A DNA stretch of 64,000 nucleotides from Paraphysomonas bandaiensis (GCA_965644295.1 CBFFRP010000363.1:1-64000), one strand, 5' to 3'; shown: positions 1 through 12,243, counted from the stretch's first letter. Numbers and translations are program-made. Notes: generated by a model from the letters alone, not told the origin.

Positions 1-1084
1 CGCAGAATATGTGTGGATTACCAAGAAAGAGCGTGGCGTTAAGTTCGTTGGCCTGCTGGTATAAATCCCGTAGGGTTTCTTCTGGGGGATGATTGGGGGG
101 CGTTGAGGCCCTGGAGTGGGAGTACAGGCGCTTGTGGGGTATGCGTGTGGCAGTAGCTCTCGGGGGTGAAGAGGTAGGAGGCTGCGGAGGCACTGTTGGG
201 AGCGTCTGTAGAGAGGAGAAGTCGGTAAGAGGGTACGGGCATCCTGCGGGTGCAGGTAGATTCGCGTCGAGTTGGAGGTCGGGACTGTGAGCAGCTACTC
301 GGAGTATGTTCTGCAGGGTAATGCGGGATGCCGCCATGGTGACACCGCTCTCTGGAGAGCATAGCAAGGTGAGGGCGGTGTGTAGGTTACCAATGTCATG
401 TACGTCGGCAAAGGGTATGGTGGTATGTAGGGCGTCAAGGACATGATGCGATGGGACTCCGATGTGGCAGAGCGCGCGCAGCAGCCACGATTTTCGGAGG
501 GCTGGAGCATGTAGTATGTGTATCAGTGTGAACGGGGTATGTCGAGTCTGCTGCTTGAGTTTTCGCAACGGCGGCACCGGAGAGGCTGTCATTGAGATGG
601 AGTGTGATCCAAGTTGGAGAGTACGCGTGGCAGACGTGTCAGAAGTTTGAAACAAGGCGTGGAGTATGTCTTTTCGATGGTCCTTGCCAGTGGGGGATTT
701 TGCCATCGGGATGTATAGGTGCAGCACTTTGTGCAAAGGTTGCTTTTTGTCCTTGCGGGCTTCGTTCTGGTGAGAGATGTCATTGTAGAGAAGCTGGATG
801 GAGTCGACATCGATATCAGTGTCATGGAGGAGATCGCGCAACCGACAGAGTATTCTTGTGTAGGTCTCTGCTTTGGCCTGTAGGAGGACCTCCGGGAGTC
901 CGAAAAACGTGACAATGGGCTCATAGAATTTGGACTGCTGCTGGAGGTCATCGATGGTCTCTTGGTCCAAGTGGGAGAAGGTAATGTTGAATGTTCTTGT
1001 CTCGTCTACTTGCAGATCACGGGCCGTGTTCCTATGGTTGACGACGATGGACAGGTCAAATGTAACGGGCATCTTACTCGGCAT
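1..1084 (-). CDS. Intronless ORF (>=361 aa, runs off the window start), probably retroelement-encoded (ORF1-like); absent from the supplied ORF track
   Basis: Manual translation from ATG 1084 (in-frame TGA 27 nt upstream): MPSKMPVTFDLSIVVNHRNTARDLQVDETRTFNITFSHLDQ...LFLGNPHIFC, with no stop to position 2. No introns, C/A-rich sense strand like the 27270 ORF, and it abuts the retroelement 3' module at 1131. Confidence 0.65.
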   Translation of the reverse strand, partial: MPSKMPVTFDLSIVVNHRNTARDLQVDETRTFNITFSHLDQETIDDLQQQSKFYEPIVTFFGLPEVLLQAKAETYTRILCRLRDLLHDTDIDVDSIQLLYNDISHQNEARKDKKQPLHKVLHLYIPMAKSPTGKDHRKDILHALFQTSDTSATRTLQLGSHSISMTASPVPPLRKLKQQTRHTPFTLIHILHAPALRKSWLLRALCHIGVPSHHVLDALHTTIPFADVHDIGNLHTALTLLCSPESGVTMAASRITLQNILRVAAHSPDLQLDANLPAPAGCPYPLTDFSSLQTLPTVPPQPPTSSPPRATATRIPHKRLYSHSRASTPPNHPPEETLRDLYQQANELNATLFLGNPHIFC

Positions 1085-1130
1085 TGAGGTGTGATCTGCA
1101 AGAGGTGGTCAGGGAATTGTGTTGCAATGT

Positions 1131-1308
1131 GTTGCACCTTGGTGCTTGCGGCGACGCACAAGCAGCTTTCGTAGCGTTAAATAGTAGGATAAAAGAGTTT
1201 GTATTGATTAGTTACGGGTAGTGGTCTAACTAGTATGACTAGCATTCTTCTAGCCACTAATTGATGCAAGGTCTCAACGCCTATTGCTAAATAATCAGAC
1301 ATTCACTA
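1131..1308 (+). mobile_element. 3'-terminal module of non-LTR retroelement, subtype A copy 1
   Basis: GTTGCACCTTGGTGCTTGCGGCGACGCACAAGCAGC...TAGCGTTAAATAGTAGGATA...GCCTATTGCTAAATAATCAGACATTCACTA; identical to 13796-13975 apart from a 2-nt indel. Confidence 0.9.
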
Positions 1309-1389
1309 CTATACTGATATATTGGGCACTAAGAAGAAAACATTAGCTCGATCGGTAATAATAAATAACTAGTTAGTAGAAGTACAACA

Positions 1390-1838
1390 TGAGTCACCAA
1401 GAGAGCTCAACTTGGTACCTATGAGTCCAACTACCGCTGCTTGCTTCATTTGAAGCACAATCTAATGTTGTTGAGAGGCTCCTTAGTCGTGCAAAGTTGA
1501 TTATGACACCTGAGCGTAGAAACATGAATCCATATCGTCTAGAATCGTTGCTATTCCTACGAGTCAATTACATGTTGTGGGATGTTTATACCCTTCATAA
1601 AGAAGATCCTGATGTGCCAGTAGAGAGCGAGAAGTAGTTAAAATTTGTAGTCTGATATTTAACTAAAAATTAGTAATTAAGGAAGCACAACATTATCTAT
1701 TATATGAGTGGTGCTATCTACTTTAAGTTAGTAGGTATTAATGGCAATTATAATTGCCGGGACATTTTTCATTACTGCCATTATAATTGCCGGGAACTGG
1801 ACTACTATTAATGGGCCATTAATGGTTATCAGGCCCTG
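1390..1838 (+). mobile_element. hAT-superfamily DNA transposon remnant (C-terminal dimerisation domain plus right end)
   Basis: 1461-1637 reads SNVVERLLSRAKLIMTPERRNMNPYRLESLLFLRVNYMLWDV (hAT dimerisation motif S-x-x-ER-x-FS...R...LFL-x-x-N); upstream part is frameshifted. Ends in ...TTATCAGGCCCTG (reverse complement CAGGGCCTGATAA, hAT-type TIR). Confidence 0.75.
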
Positions 1839-1866
1839 GTATTGGCTATTGGTAAGTTTAACAGCT

Positions 1867-2402
1867 AAGATCGTTAAGAAAAGTTTATAGTAATTAAACT
1901 GGATAGACTCTTTATTATGATAGCATACACAATTGTGTGTGTTGTCATGTAAGACACATGTCAACAACACGATAATTTGTTTTGTTCATATCAACCACTG
2001 CTCACGATACAATACTTTAGTTTACAGTTATAGCTATATGGTTCTCTAAGATAGCACTCTAGAATACGTTAAATACAATGTGAAAACAGTAATACGTAGT
2101 CAATAGTCAAAGGTGCTATATAGCTATAACTGTGAAACTGAAGTATTATATCATGACGATTCAAGATACGGAAGTTGAGCAGTGGTTGACACGAACGAAA
2201 TAATTTTTACATGACAACACACACAATTGTGTTTACAATTATAATACAGTAATCTATCTAGTTTGACTAACTTAAACTTCTCTTACAACGATCTTAATCA
2301 CCTGAAAATGGTCAAATACTCAATACTATATAGTATCTTTGACTACGTATTACTGTTTTTCACATTGTACTTAACGTATTCTACAGTGCTATCTTAGAGA
2401 AG
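1867..2402. repeat. Foldback/MITE-like interleaved inverted repeats
   Basis: ~1867-2005 is inverted at ~2175-2296; ~2005-2040 at ~2117-2153; ~2043-2103 at ~2337-2402. Related fragments lie at ~14905-15052 and ~16262-16335. Confidence 0.7.
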
Positions 2403-2660
2403 CATACGCATTCCAACATCCAGGTCTTTTTTCTATTTGATTGTATCACAGCACCTGCGACAGCTTCATGTTTGAACGATGATTACTTGAGTTTAACTCA
2501 CTTTCTAACAGCAATTGTTTCACCTACTATTTCGTTCTGCTACCCTCTAAAGACAAGTACCTCTACAGCTAACACCACAAAAACAGAAGGGTCAATTTTG
2601 TGTACTGCTTTACAATAGTAATTATAAGCTGTTGAGCAGTATTACTGGCGCAGTGCACTT

Positions 2661-4032
2661 CTAGTACCGCCGCCGATCTCCTCTATCAGGAGTTCTCGAG
2701 CGCCGTCTCCTGCTACTGCTTCGATCCTCTTCCCGATCCCTACTACGTGCTCTCTTCCGGTCAGGAGGTGGCCCGTAATGGGATCCCCCTCCCCTAGAGT
2801 CTTCCCGAGGTCTATCTCTTCCACCTCTCTCTCGGCTGCGTTCTCCGCCGCGGGACCTATCCTCACGTGATCTATCCTCTCGTCTGTCGCGACTTCGGCT
2901 TCTTCGAGCACCTCCTCGGTCCCTCCCACCTGACCTGTCAGGAGGAGGAGCATATGCAGATCGGCTAGCGTTCTCCTGAAGAGCCTTCAGCTGTTCCTGG
3001 GCAATCTCCTTCTTACTTTTCATGGGTCGGCGACCACCAAGGCCTCCACCGTATCGACGGGGACGCCATTTCGGCACAGTCCTACATAGTCATTGGAATG
3101 CATCACGAAAATATAAAAAATGGCAGAATATACAATGTTCATAAAACATATGTCATGTACTGATTACACACCTTCCCCTCTCCACGTCTACCAGTATCCG
3201 CCTGCCGTCAATCTTTTTACCATCGGCCCGCTTATAAGCTGTGGTCATGTCGTCTTCGCTCTCAAATTCAACGAAGGCGTATCCCCTTGGCTTCCCGTCA
3301 TTGTCCAGCACTAGCTTCACGGAACGTATGGGGCCATATTGCTCAAACTCACGGCGTAATTTCTTCTCTGATGTGTCGTACGACAGACGTGCGACAAACA
3401 GAGTGCTATACGCATTCCTAAATAAAGTGTACATGATAAGCAGTAGAAATCAAAACAGAACGATATATAGACTACACTGTTATAAATCTCTTAGGGTCAT
3501 TAGTTGTACAAGAATGTACGGAAATGAGAGATACGTACTCGGTAGCTTTAAAATTGCGCTTTGGGTCCCAGTCGGCAACCAGAAGCTCATTCTTTTCCCG
3601 ATTCGCTTGCATTAGCTGCTCCCTCAAGCGCTGTTTTCTTTCTTTCGGATTTTCCACCTCCGGTTTCTTTGGAGTTTCTTTTTCAAACAGTGATGTATAC
3701 TGACTGATACCAGTATACGGGGGCATTTTTCGCTTGACCTGAGGGGGCTTATGCGGAAGAGGAGGGCGTGGCTCAAACATCATCTTCATATCTTGCAATA
3801 CAAGTCATATAAAAATGTATGTAACTATAAAACTTACTGGGAGGAAGATCGCTGAGAGGAGGGCGCTGATTAGCTCCCGCGGACATCTGTCCTCTCGGCT
3901 GCACATACGTGTATGTTATCTACAATAATATATACATATATATTTACGTACAGTCATGCGCCTTTCGCCTCCTCGTCCGGCACCACCACCTCTATCTCCT
4001 CCTTGAGCGTCTCTGGACCCAGGGCCGTACAT
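2661..4032 (-). CDS. SNRNP70: U1 small nuclear ribonucleoprotein 70 kDa (5 exons)
   Basis: Spliced: MYGPGSRD...MT|PRGQ...LPPN|[11 protein letters not shown]...WDP|RRM ([11 protein letters not shown]...[10 protein letters not shown]...[10 protein letters not shown]|[16 protein letters not shown]), then an RS/RD-rich tail. Confidence 0.95.
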
Positions 4033-4112
4033 GCTGGGTTATTATTTATATTAAATGGCTGAGTATGAGTATATAATACATAATACATGCATTGCACCTC
4101 ACAACATGCATG

Positions 4113-4429
4113 CATACATACATACATACATACATACATACATACATACATACATACATACATACATACATACATACATACATACATACATACATACATA
4201 CATACATACATACATACATACATACATACATACATACATACATACATACATACATACATACATACATACATACATACATACATACATACATACATACATA
4301 CATACATACATACATACATACATACATACATACATACATACATACATACATACATACATACATACATACATACATACATACATACATACATACATACATA
4401 CATACATACATACATACATACATACATAC
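4113..4429. repeat. (CATA)n tetranucleotide microsatellite, ~79 units
   Basis: Perfect array directly visible; 80 bp upstream of the SNRNP70 ATG. Confidence 0.99.
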
Positions 4430-4898
4430 GTATACGGTATACTGCTGTAGGCTGTATGTATAAGAGTGTATATCTCTGAGTGACTTCGAAGTGAATGTGA
4501 TATGGAGATATGCATATATGAGTACATGATTCAGAGGCTCTGCTGCTGCCTCTACTCACAGACACGAGTGAGGACTATCAACAGTGTGTGGTCATAGTGG
4601 TGTATAGTGGTGTGTGCTCCTCATGAGGAGAGAGACTCGTATGATCATATGAATAATACCGCAGCAGATGCGTATCCCGAAGTATATTTCCACTGAACAC
4701 AATAGCTTGAAGTGTCGCTGGTATACCAGTACATGAAGACCGTCTACTAGAGTCTTCACTCATTGTAATAGAATGTATTCAAAGTCCACAGAGTGCTCCT
4801 GGTTTGACAGTTACCCAAGAAATCAACAGTTCAGTTTAGACAACTGAGACAACACCACATAGCAGTTGTCCCGATAGCAGTACCGTATTGGGACACTG

Positions 4899-5150
4899 TT
4901 GTGCATTGCGCTCTGTTGGTCATCTATTAGCCTTGTGGAGGCTACCAACTACTACCTACTGTTGGAGCTCGCAGTTTGCTTCGTGCCCCACCTACTCACT
5001 GCCACTATGGAGTACAGCTCTGAGTTTTGCCTTGAGGAGACTGGATTGGATGTGATCAGGGTGAAGACCCTGAGACCAATATCAGGTGTTGAGCTGCTGG
5101 CTGACTATGGTGAATGGTATCACCGAAAGAGTAAGCTCCGTCGTAAGTGA
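4899..5150 (+). pseudogene. SET-domain C-terminal fragment (partial gene or remnant)
   Basis: IRVKTLRPISGVELLADYGEWY resembles the SET C-terminal motif (x-R-x-I-x-x-G-E-EL-x-x-DYG-x-x-Y); no convincing upstream exons reconstructed. Confidence 0.4.
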
Positions 5151-5406
5151 ATAGATATTTCCCTTGTAGTGGTAAATAGTAGTTGTTATAACTTCTGAAT
5201 TCTTTCGTAGTAATTATTCGTGTTTGGGTTCAGACCACAGTTTCTTTCTGATGGAAACTGCATAAGATCGGACATATTTATCTCAAACGAGACATAATGG
5301 TTAACTGTAAATAAGGATGAGTGCGGTGAGGTCGATGAAGTGGATTTCGATTGAGAGGCAATCATTCATGTAGTGCTGAATGTTGCTGCTGCGTGCAGCA
5401 GGGCCG

Positions 5407-5590
5407 CCAGTCAACAATATATTGCAAGAAAAAATAATAATAAAAATTAATTCAAGACCAATAATAATTATTAAATATGTTGCAATATACTGCAAGACCC
5501 AATTTTGCTCAAATAATAATCAATATATTGTAGCAAGCAAGAATAAATAATTGCAATATTTAAACTGCAATCCAATATATTTTTGACTGG
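5407..5590. mobile_element. Small MITE-like element
   Basis: 18-bp terminal inverted repeat with 1 mismatch (CCAGTCAACAATATATTG 5407-5424 / CAATATATTTTTGACTGG 5573-5590); AT-rich interior with AATATATTG and TTGCAA repeats. Confidence 0.55.
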
Positions 5591-5830
5591 TCCTAGCTTG
5601 AGGTGAAACTAAGCGACGACGTTGGTGGTCAAGCAGCCCAACGGCGATTGATGACGACTACATAATTGCTCATTGTTACGCTTGCTTCGTAAAGGCTATA
5701 AGAACAAGAGTAAGCCGCAGCATCAGATTCGTACATATAAAATATAAATGTCAATAACATTTCAAAAGAGCATATTTACACATTTGCTGCACTCTAAAGC
5801 AATATTATATACACCATTTAACACACTTGT

Positions 5831-7226
5831 TTATTGGCTTTCATTATCTCGATTTCTTTGAGATAAGACCTCTCTACCGACATCCCAAGCATGCTGCCTC
5901 AACTTGTCCCAAAGCATATCAATACGCTCGAATTTCGCTAAAGTATTTCCTGATTGAACTGCATCTTTAAAGCTTACCGTGTATTCAGCGTGAAGATCGC
6001 GCACTCGCTGCTCTTCCTCGTCCAGCCTGAGCTTACGGGCAGCTGCGATCTCAGCACTCCTCTGTATACACAAGTATTAGTCCAACATTAAGAGATTCTC
6101 ATTCATTTTACCCTCCGTGTCTGTATCTCAACCACATCCATATTAGTCTCGGATTGCTCTAAGACCTGAAAACAGCATCATGGGAGACCACATACAGCAA
6201 CTGCAAACAACCTCAAGTGAGACATCATATAGACAAGCTACTTGCTCTCTGGTCGTATTCAGCTGCTGTTGAATCTTCTTATTTTCTGCTAATACTCTTG
6301 CAATTTCTCCTTTCTCCTGCCTTCTAGCAGCATCTAGCCGTCTGATCTCTTCATCCACAGCAGCAAGGTGCTCATCCAAGTCTTTTTCACGAAGGAATCT
6401 CTCCCCTATGATTTCCTCTGTCGGCTTGCGACGACTGCGTGCACCACTGGTTTGGCGCCGGGGTACACCCTGACAATGTCCAGAAGTAGAAGGTGCGGCA
6501 CGACGAGCACGGCAGCTCTTGTCACTTTCACTACGACGGAGAGATTTTTTTGATGCAGGTCCTGCCTTCTTACTACTGCTGCATAATTTATTACTGCTCC
6601 TGTCCGAATTACGTGTACTAATCGTTGTGTTAGATATGGAGGCGTCGTCATCATTACTAGTCAGTGATGATGCGGTGCACGTGCTGTTTGATCGTATTGA
6701 AGAGGCTGACTTTTTCTGCATCGATACTCTTGCGGCTGCTTCAGCTACATATATACCATTCCAAGTTACATATAGAAACAATATAATTTCGTATCGAATA
6801 CTCAGTAGCTCAAGAACGACGGACAGATAACATAACACATAGTTTTCATATTAGTAAACTGGACCTTTCATTCTTTTCTTTTCTATAGCTATAATATCTT
6901 CAGTTGATAGTAAATACCAGGGTGTGCCCTTCTCATCTTCTATATCTAGAGGATTGGAGGATGAGTAGATTGGAAAGTCCACTTGTGGATCTGGCTTATT
7001 TGATTTTAAGGTGTTGCCTTTTCTACTTTGAATGCGTTTCCTCTGTTCGTCAGTAACTATCTATATATACTATTAACATACATATAACTGTAGGATATCT
7101 CTATACCATATCTGATACCCTGACCGTGCCTGATAATTCAAGAGCCTGAGACCCGCGTCTGGAGAATGCAGCCGGTGCTGTTAGCTTTGTTTGAGGCTGT
7201 CGATTCTTTTTCGGATCAAATGCCAT
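5831..7226 (-). CDS. Hypothetical multi-exon protein, Ser-rich middle and coiled-coil C-terminus
   Basis: ATG 7226 (MAFDPKKNRQPQTKLTAPAAFSRRGS); ORFs 6143-6838 and 5831-6073 are bounded by GT/AG sites; heptad-like segment EHLAAVDEEIRRLDAARRQEKGEIARVLAENKKIQQQL. Confidence 0.65.
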
Positions 7227-7754
7227 TCTTTTAAAATATAAATCGAACTATATAGAGTTTGAATAAGAGGTAGAGGCCATTGAACGGCTTCTGTTCTTTA
7301 CAATTCTGTGCACTGGCTATATATATGCATATATATATAGGGCTGCAGCTGTACTGCTGTATATGATGCTCTCCTAACTGTCATATGTATACACGAGCAG
7401 CAGTATATAGCAATGGTGTATATGTTGAATACGCCATGTATTCTAATGTATTACAGTATACATATGTAGTTTTACGTATACCATACAGTATACTGGTATA
7501 CGGTATCATGTTATTCTATGGAGTTCCATCCATATCTAACCATATCTATCCACAACACACACACACACCTCCAGTGTCGTATGTACAGCAGTATCATACA
7601 CTGTGTTGCGTAGGCAGAGGATTGTACAGTGGGATCTCTCATACTGCTGTATCGTATGTATGATACGTAGGGTGGGGTGTGTGTATGTGGAGTTCATTAT
7701 CACAATTACACTTAACCAAAATATCCATTACACGATACACCATTCTACTCGATC

Positions 7755-10700
7755 ATGCTGATGGAAGGCTGGCTCGTTAAACAAGGTCATATATTTCAGT
7801 CATGGAACAACAGGTGGTTCGTTCTCGAGCCTGAGAGACTAGTTTACTATACAGATCAGACCAAACAAAAACAGAAGGGAGAGTATCTGTTAAATGAACA
7901 TTCTCGTCTTTCTCGTGAGAAAGATATGCAAGGTAGAAAGTATTTGTTTACTTTACATGCGGAAGGGAGTGGGGGAACATCTCTATTGATGGGGGCAGCG
8001 GATGGGCCTGCGCTTAAGAAGTGGGAAGATGCGATAAATGCCGCTATCGATAACATCAAGAATCAAAGAGGATCTACTAATGCAGTAGGTGCACCGAGGC
8101 CTCCTAATGCTGTTGCTTCATCATATAATTCCTATACCCTTCCCAGTTCAATGTGTATGAATGATCTGTGTATGCCTGCAAACACCAGCCTCACTGTCCG
8201 TTTATCTGTCAGCTTCGGATCGGAGCGTGCAACTGGTGGCTCAGAGGTAGCCCCTGTGTGCGCCCGTGCTAGTCCTGCAGTGACATACGAAGCGCCTGCA
8301 GATGGGCTGTATACCCTCATCATGACTGATCCTGATGCCCCTAGTAGATCTGAACCTTTGTTCAGGGAGTATTTGCACTGGGCAGTGGTCAATATTCCTG
8401 GAAATGGCATTAGCATGGGAGAAACGGTTCTGCCCTATGTTGGTCCTGGGCCCCCAATGCACTCGGGGCAACATAGGTGCGTTATTATTATATGATGTCT
8501 TATTATGAGTTCTCATCGAGAATGTGTCCAGGTATTTTTTGTGTTTATTTCGCCAGAGTGGGCGCGTTAATACTGAGGCCGCGAGGACTTTCTTTTCATC
8601 TCGGGCCCCTTTGAAGGCATCCACGTTCGCCTCATCAAATAGTATGACGCTCATAGGTGCAGACGTGTTCCTGAGCAGCTGGGACGATAGCGTCGACGCA
8701 CTGCATGCAGAAATCGGATTCATGCCCCCACCGCAATATCGATCACCGCAGCAGGTAACCTTAGTATGTATTCATTTCGGACTGCAAGTAATGGTTTTCC
8801 TTAAACAGACTATCATTGCTTCTTTTCCATCAGACTCGCCATTATCCATGCTACTGGTCGGATCAGTGGTAGCAGACTTGCTCTCCCACTCATCCACCGA
8901 TCTACCACCCTGCCTACCAGGGAAAAATGCGACTAACCATACTGCCAATTTTTTTTCCGCATATGGCGCGCTGTCAAATGCTTTTATATCATCTGTTTCC
9001 TCTGAGGGGCTGTTGAATCCTTCTCATATAGCTTTCACTGCACGTGCAACTCTTTTGTCTGCCTGCACATCTGGAACATCCCTATCACCCCTGTTCACCG
9101 ACTACCTAGCCAACTTAGACGCTGGAAAAGAGTGGACTGAGTGTGCCGTTGAAAGGGATGGAGCTGAGGGCTTAGCAAGCGTACCCGCACTTGTTGCAAG
9201 GTATGCGGGGCGGCCTCAGCTGCTGAGTGCTGTAACAGAAAGTGTAAAGACGTTTCAAAAAAGTGACGTATGTGATGCATCTTGCCGCCTGCTGGCACGA
9301 CTCTTGGAGTACTGTGCACTTAATCGTTGCTCTCCTGCTGTGGCTCTAGAGCACTTTATCTCAACAGAGCAGAGTAAGACTAGTCGTGGAGTACTGACAC
9401 ACACCGAACGGATGCTGTTACAAAGCTCCACTTCGGATGGCATGTTGAGCAGGATCAATGATATCGTCGAGATTATTGCCCTGCACCCGGAGTCTATGGA
9501 AAAGGGTCACATAGCTGACAATGTAAGATCTGTACTTTCGGGTGAGCTAATGCGAGGCGGTAACTGTGAAGGAGCGGCTGCAGCGATTCTCATGGACAAT
9601 GCCCCACTTAGCCAGGAGGAGCGAAACTTCTGGGCAGAGGCGAAGCGTATCGCAAAGGAAAACGGACGTAGGAGTTCACAGCTCCCTGAACTTGGTGTGG
9701 TGGAAGCAGCTGCGTTGTATGGAACGAGTGCCCTCCTCCCAAGTAATAGTGCCGTTATTTTTTGTCTTTTCTTTTACTTGAAGCTGTGTAGGTGCGCTGA
9801 TGTGCATTCTGAAGATATTGCGCAACTGCCACACGTTCCAGGAGGCCATTGAGACCAATATTGCATGCGGAGGCGATGTATCTGCTCGAGCCGGCATCAT
9901 CGGAGCCTTTTTTGCCGTGACTTGCAACGAAAGTTCTATTCCCATTCATTATATTAAAACATGCAATGATACTGCCCTTGTGGCTGTGATCCAAAATGCT
10001 GTAAAGGTGACATTATTACTGGACGGAGACCTAAGTGAATCACTGTATTGCAGATTGCCGACGCTAGAAGGAAAGTTCTTGTCTTCGACGCAGCACAACC
10101 TGTAGGAATGGCAGCAATCAAACAGCTATGCTTCAGCTATGCTGCCTGTGCTACCCCAGTAGCGGCAGTGGAGGACTTAAGCTCTGCTGCGTCGACAACA
10201 CTGTCAAGAGTAGGTGGTGGGAGATCTGTAGACCTAGTTGAAGCTGATACTTCATTACCGGACACTATACAGGCATCCGTCACGGATGTGAGTATATAGT
10301 TATAGGCTATTATGACACAATAAAACTATATCGACAGGTGTCCACTGTAGTGATAGCTCTTCCTGAAATGAGCAACTATGTGGACCAGGCACTAGCTATA
10401 CTAACCGCTTGCAAGGAAACACAAACTGTTGCACACGTTGTACTGGTGTCTTTGGTTGCCGCTGTGAAGAAAGATACCGTCGTTGGTGAAAATTATGGCA
10501 CTGTAGAAGATGCCGTCAGAGACAGTGGATTGGATTACACTATATTAAGGGCTCCGCTACTAATGGATTACATTCTACCGCAGATAAAGGACATCACATC
10601 GAAGCACGTTTTCTCATCTCCATTGCCTGGTGAGTTCGCATACTGCGGAGTGACCGCGAAAGATGTGGGTCGAGCTGCAGCTGCTATTGCGGCAAGACCT

Positions 10701-11859
10701 AGTGCTCATTCTGGGAAAGTTTATGTGCTTACGGGAGACATGATCACTGGTGATGGCATTGCCGAGAAATTTGCAGAGTGTCTGAGTGCTGAAATATCCC
10801 ACAACAAGGTGTGTTCAGTTGCGCCTATAGTATACCAATAATTCATTGCAGGTCTCATATGATGACTGGAGAGAACTGATGCTCTCTTTAGGAATGTCTT
10901 CGTGGAGTGTAGATATTCTACAGGAACAGTATAAACTAATCGAGACATGGAATGGGTCTCCCCTTACTGAGCTATCTACTGACCTCTCTACTCTTCTCTC
11001 TCATGATGAAGGTAAAGGAGACGGTAACGGACCAACCGGATTGCAAGTGTACGTGCAAAGCGTTATTAGTAGACTCCAGGGTATGTACTAGGGCCAAATG
11101 ATGTACTGGTTGTAATCGCTGTGTTTATTTTATAGCTGGAGGTGACTGTTGCAATGCCCTCGATTTGGAACTGGTGACCACTATTCATCGCTCTATGTTG
11201 TCGCTCTGATATGATATATTTAGGACCTTGAAAGTAAGCACGGCCAGAACACTCTTACAGCCGGCGAACTGGAAAAGTTGATGAACGAGACTGGAACGCG
11301 TTCACCATCTGTGTTTAACGGAAGTTCGTAGCTGTACTAATGTAGTTGTATTTTACCTCATTATACATGCAGAGTGGGTTTTGAAAAAAACTAGTTCAGA
11401 GTCGAGGTATCAACGGCGCTTCGTGTGGGTAGACCCGACATCGTCAACTTTCCACTGGTATATTGTGATATTTATGGCTTTGCGATATATGTGATTGTGT
11501 TCCATACCTCTATAGGTCAAAAGTGGAAGGTAAGTACGGCATGAGCAAATTTGTGAAGCTCAGCAAATCCCTCGGAATGACTGTCACGGAAATTGAGGTT
11601 ATGCCTGCGGTGCAACCTGCAAGACGCATGAGCATTATGGGTCCTAGAAGTGCTGATGTAAGGGGGGTCACATGGTCAGTCGGTGATGAGAAGAGTAGCA
11701 TTGACATTAAGGTGACATACTGTAGCTCTTTTTAAGTCTTTATCCTCATAAATGCTGTAGTTTATTATTGAGGGTGGGGAAGATGTTGTGAAAGAAGTTG
11801 AAAAAGAAGCTCAAGACTGGACTACAGCTATTCGTCACCTGATTAACAACACTGAATGA
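7755..11859 (+). CDS. Multidomain protein: PH - PEBP - ADP-ribosylglycohydrolase (SelJ/J1-crystallin-like) - NmrA-like Rossmann - PH-like (~12 exons)
   Basis: PH: [21 protein letters not shown]...KKWEDAI. PEBP: [16 protein letters not shown]...HWAVVNIPG...YVGPGPP..SGQHR|YF. ARH: [40 protein letters not shown]. NmrA: [27 protein letters not shown]...[10 protein letters not shown]-like: WVLKK...YQRRFVWVD...QDWTTAI. All GT-AG junctions are phase-consistent (e.g. introns 8477-8531, 9743-9791, 10007-10053, 10809-10851, 11081-11135); stop at 11857-11859. Confidence 0.8.
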
Positions 11860-12171
11860 GTGAGCATTTTAGTACTAGCCCATGCTCTGCAATTTCCATA
11901 GGTTTGAGACTATTACAATGTATCCATTCAGTGGTTCAAAAGGATTTTATTGTGAAGAATGTAACTTATTTAGGTACTTCCATGGTAACTGAGGTGTCAA
12001 CTATTACAGTTTCATATTTTGAATATTGTTTTAGTTATAACTCTGCTGTCATCATGTGTGAAATATACAACTCACATCAGTTGTCAGGTCAACTGGCAAA
12101 CTGTCTACTTATTTAGCTGTCACAACGGATATACCTTTTTTAGTTAAGCACTTATTTGTATTACCGTATAA

Positions 12172-12243
12172 CAGGGCCTGGTAAACGTTAATGGTTAATG
12201 GTAATACCATTATATTTATCAGGAACTGGACTACCATTAATGG
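12172..12243 (+). mobile_element. hAT-like terminal fragment
   Basis: CAGGGCCTGGTAAACGTTAATGG matches the reverse complement of the 1838 end; also shares GGAACTGGACTAC(C/T)ATTAATGG with 1792-1814. Confidence 0.55.

Noticed and set aside
1141-1168. GCG-GCGA-CGC-AC hairpin resembling group II intron domain V
   Set aside because: The GNRA loop and AC bulge are present, but the catalytic AGC/CGC triad position reads TGG and no domain VI follows. TSDs and 5' truncation indicate a non-LTR element.
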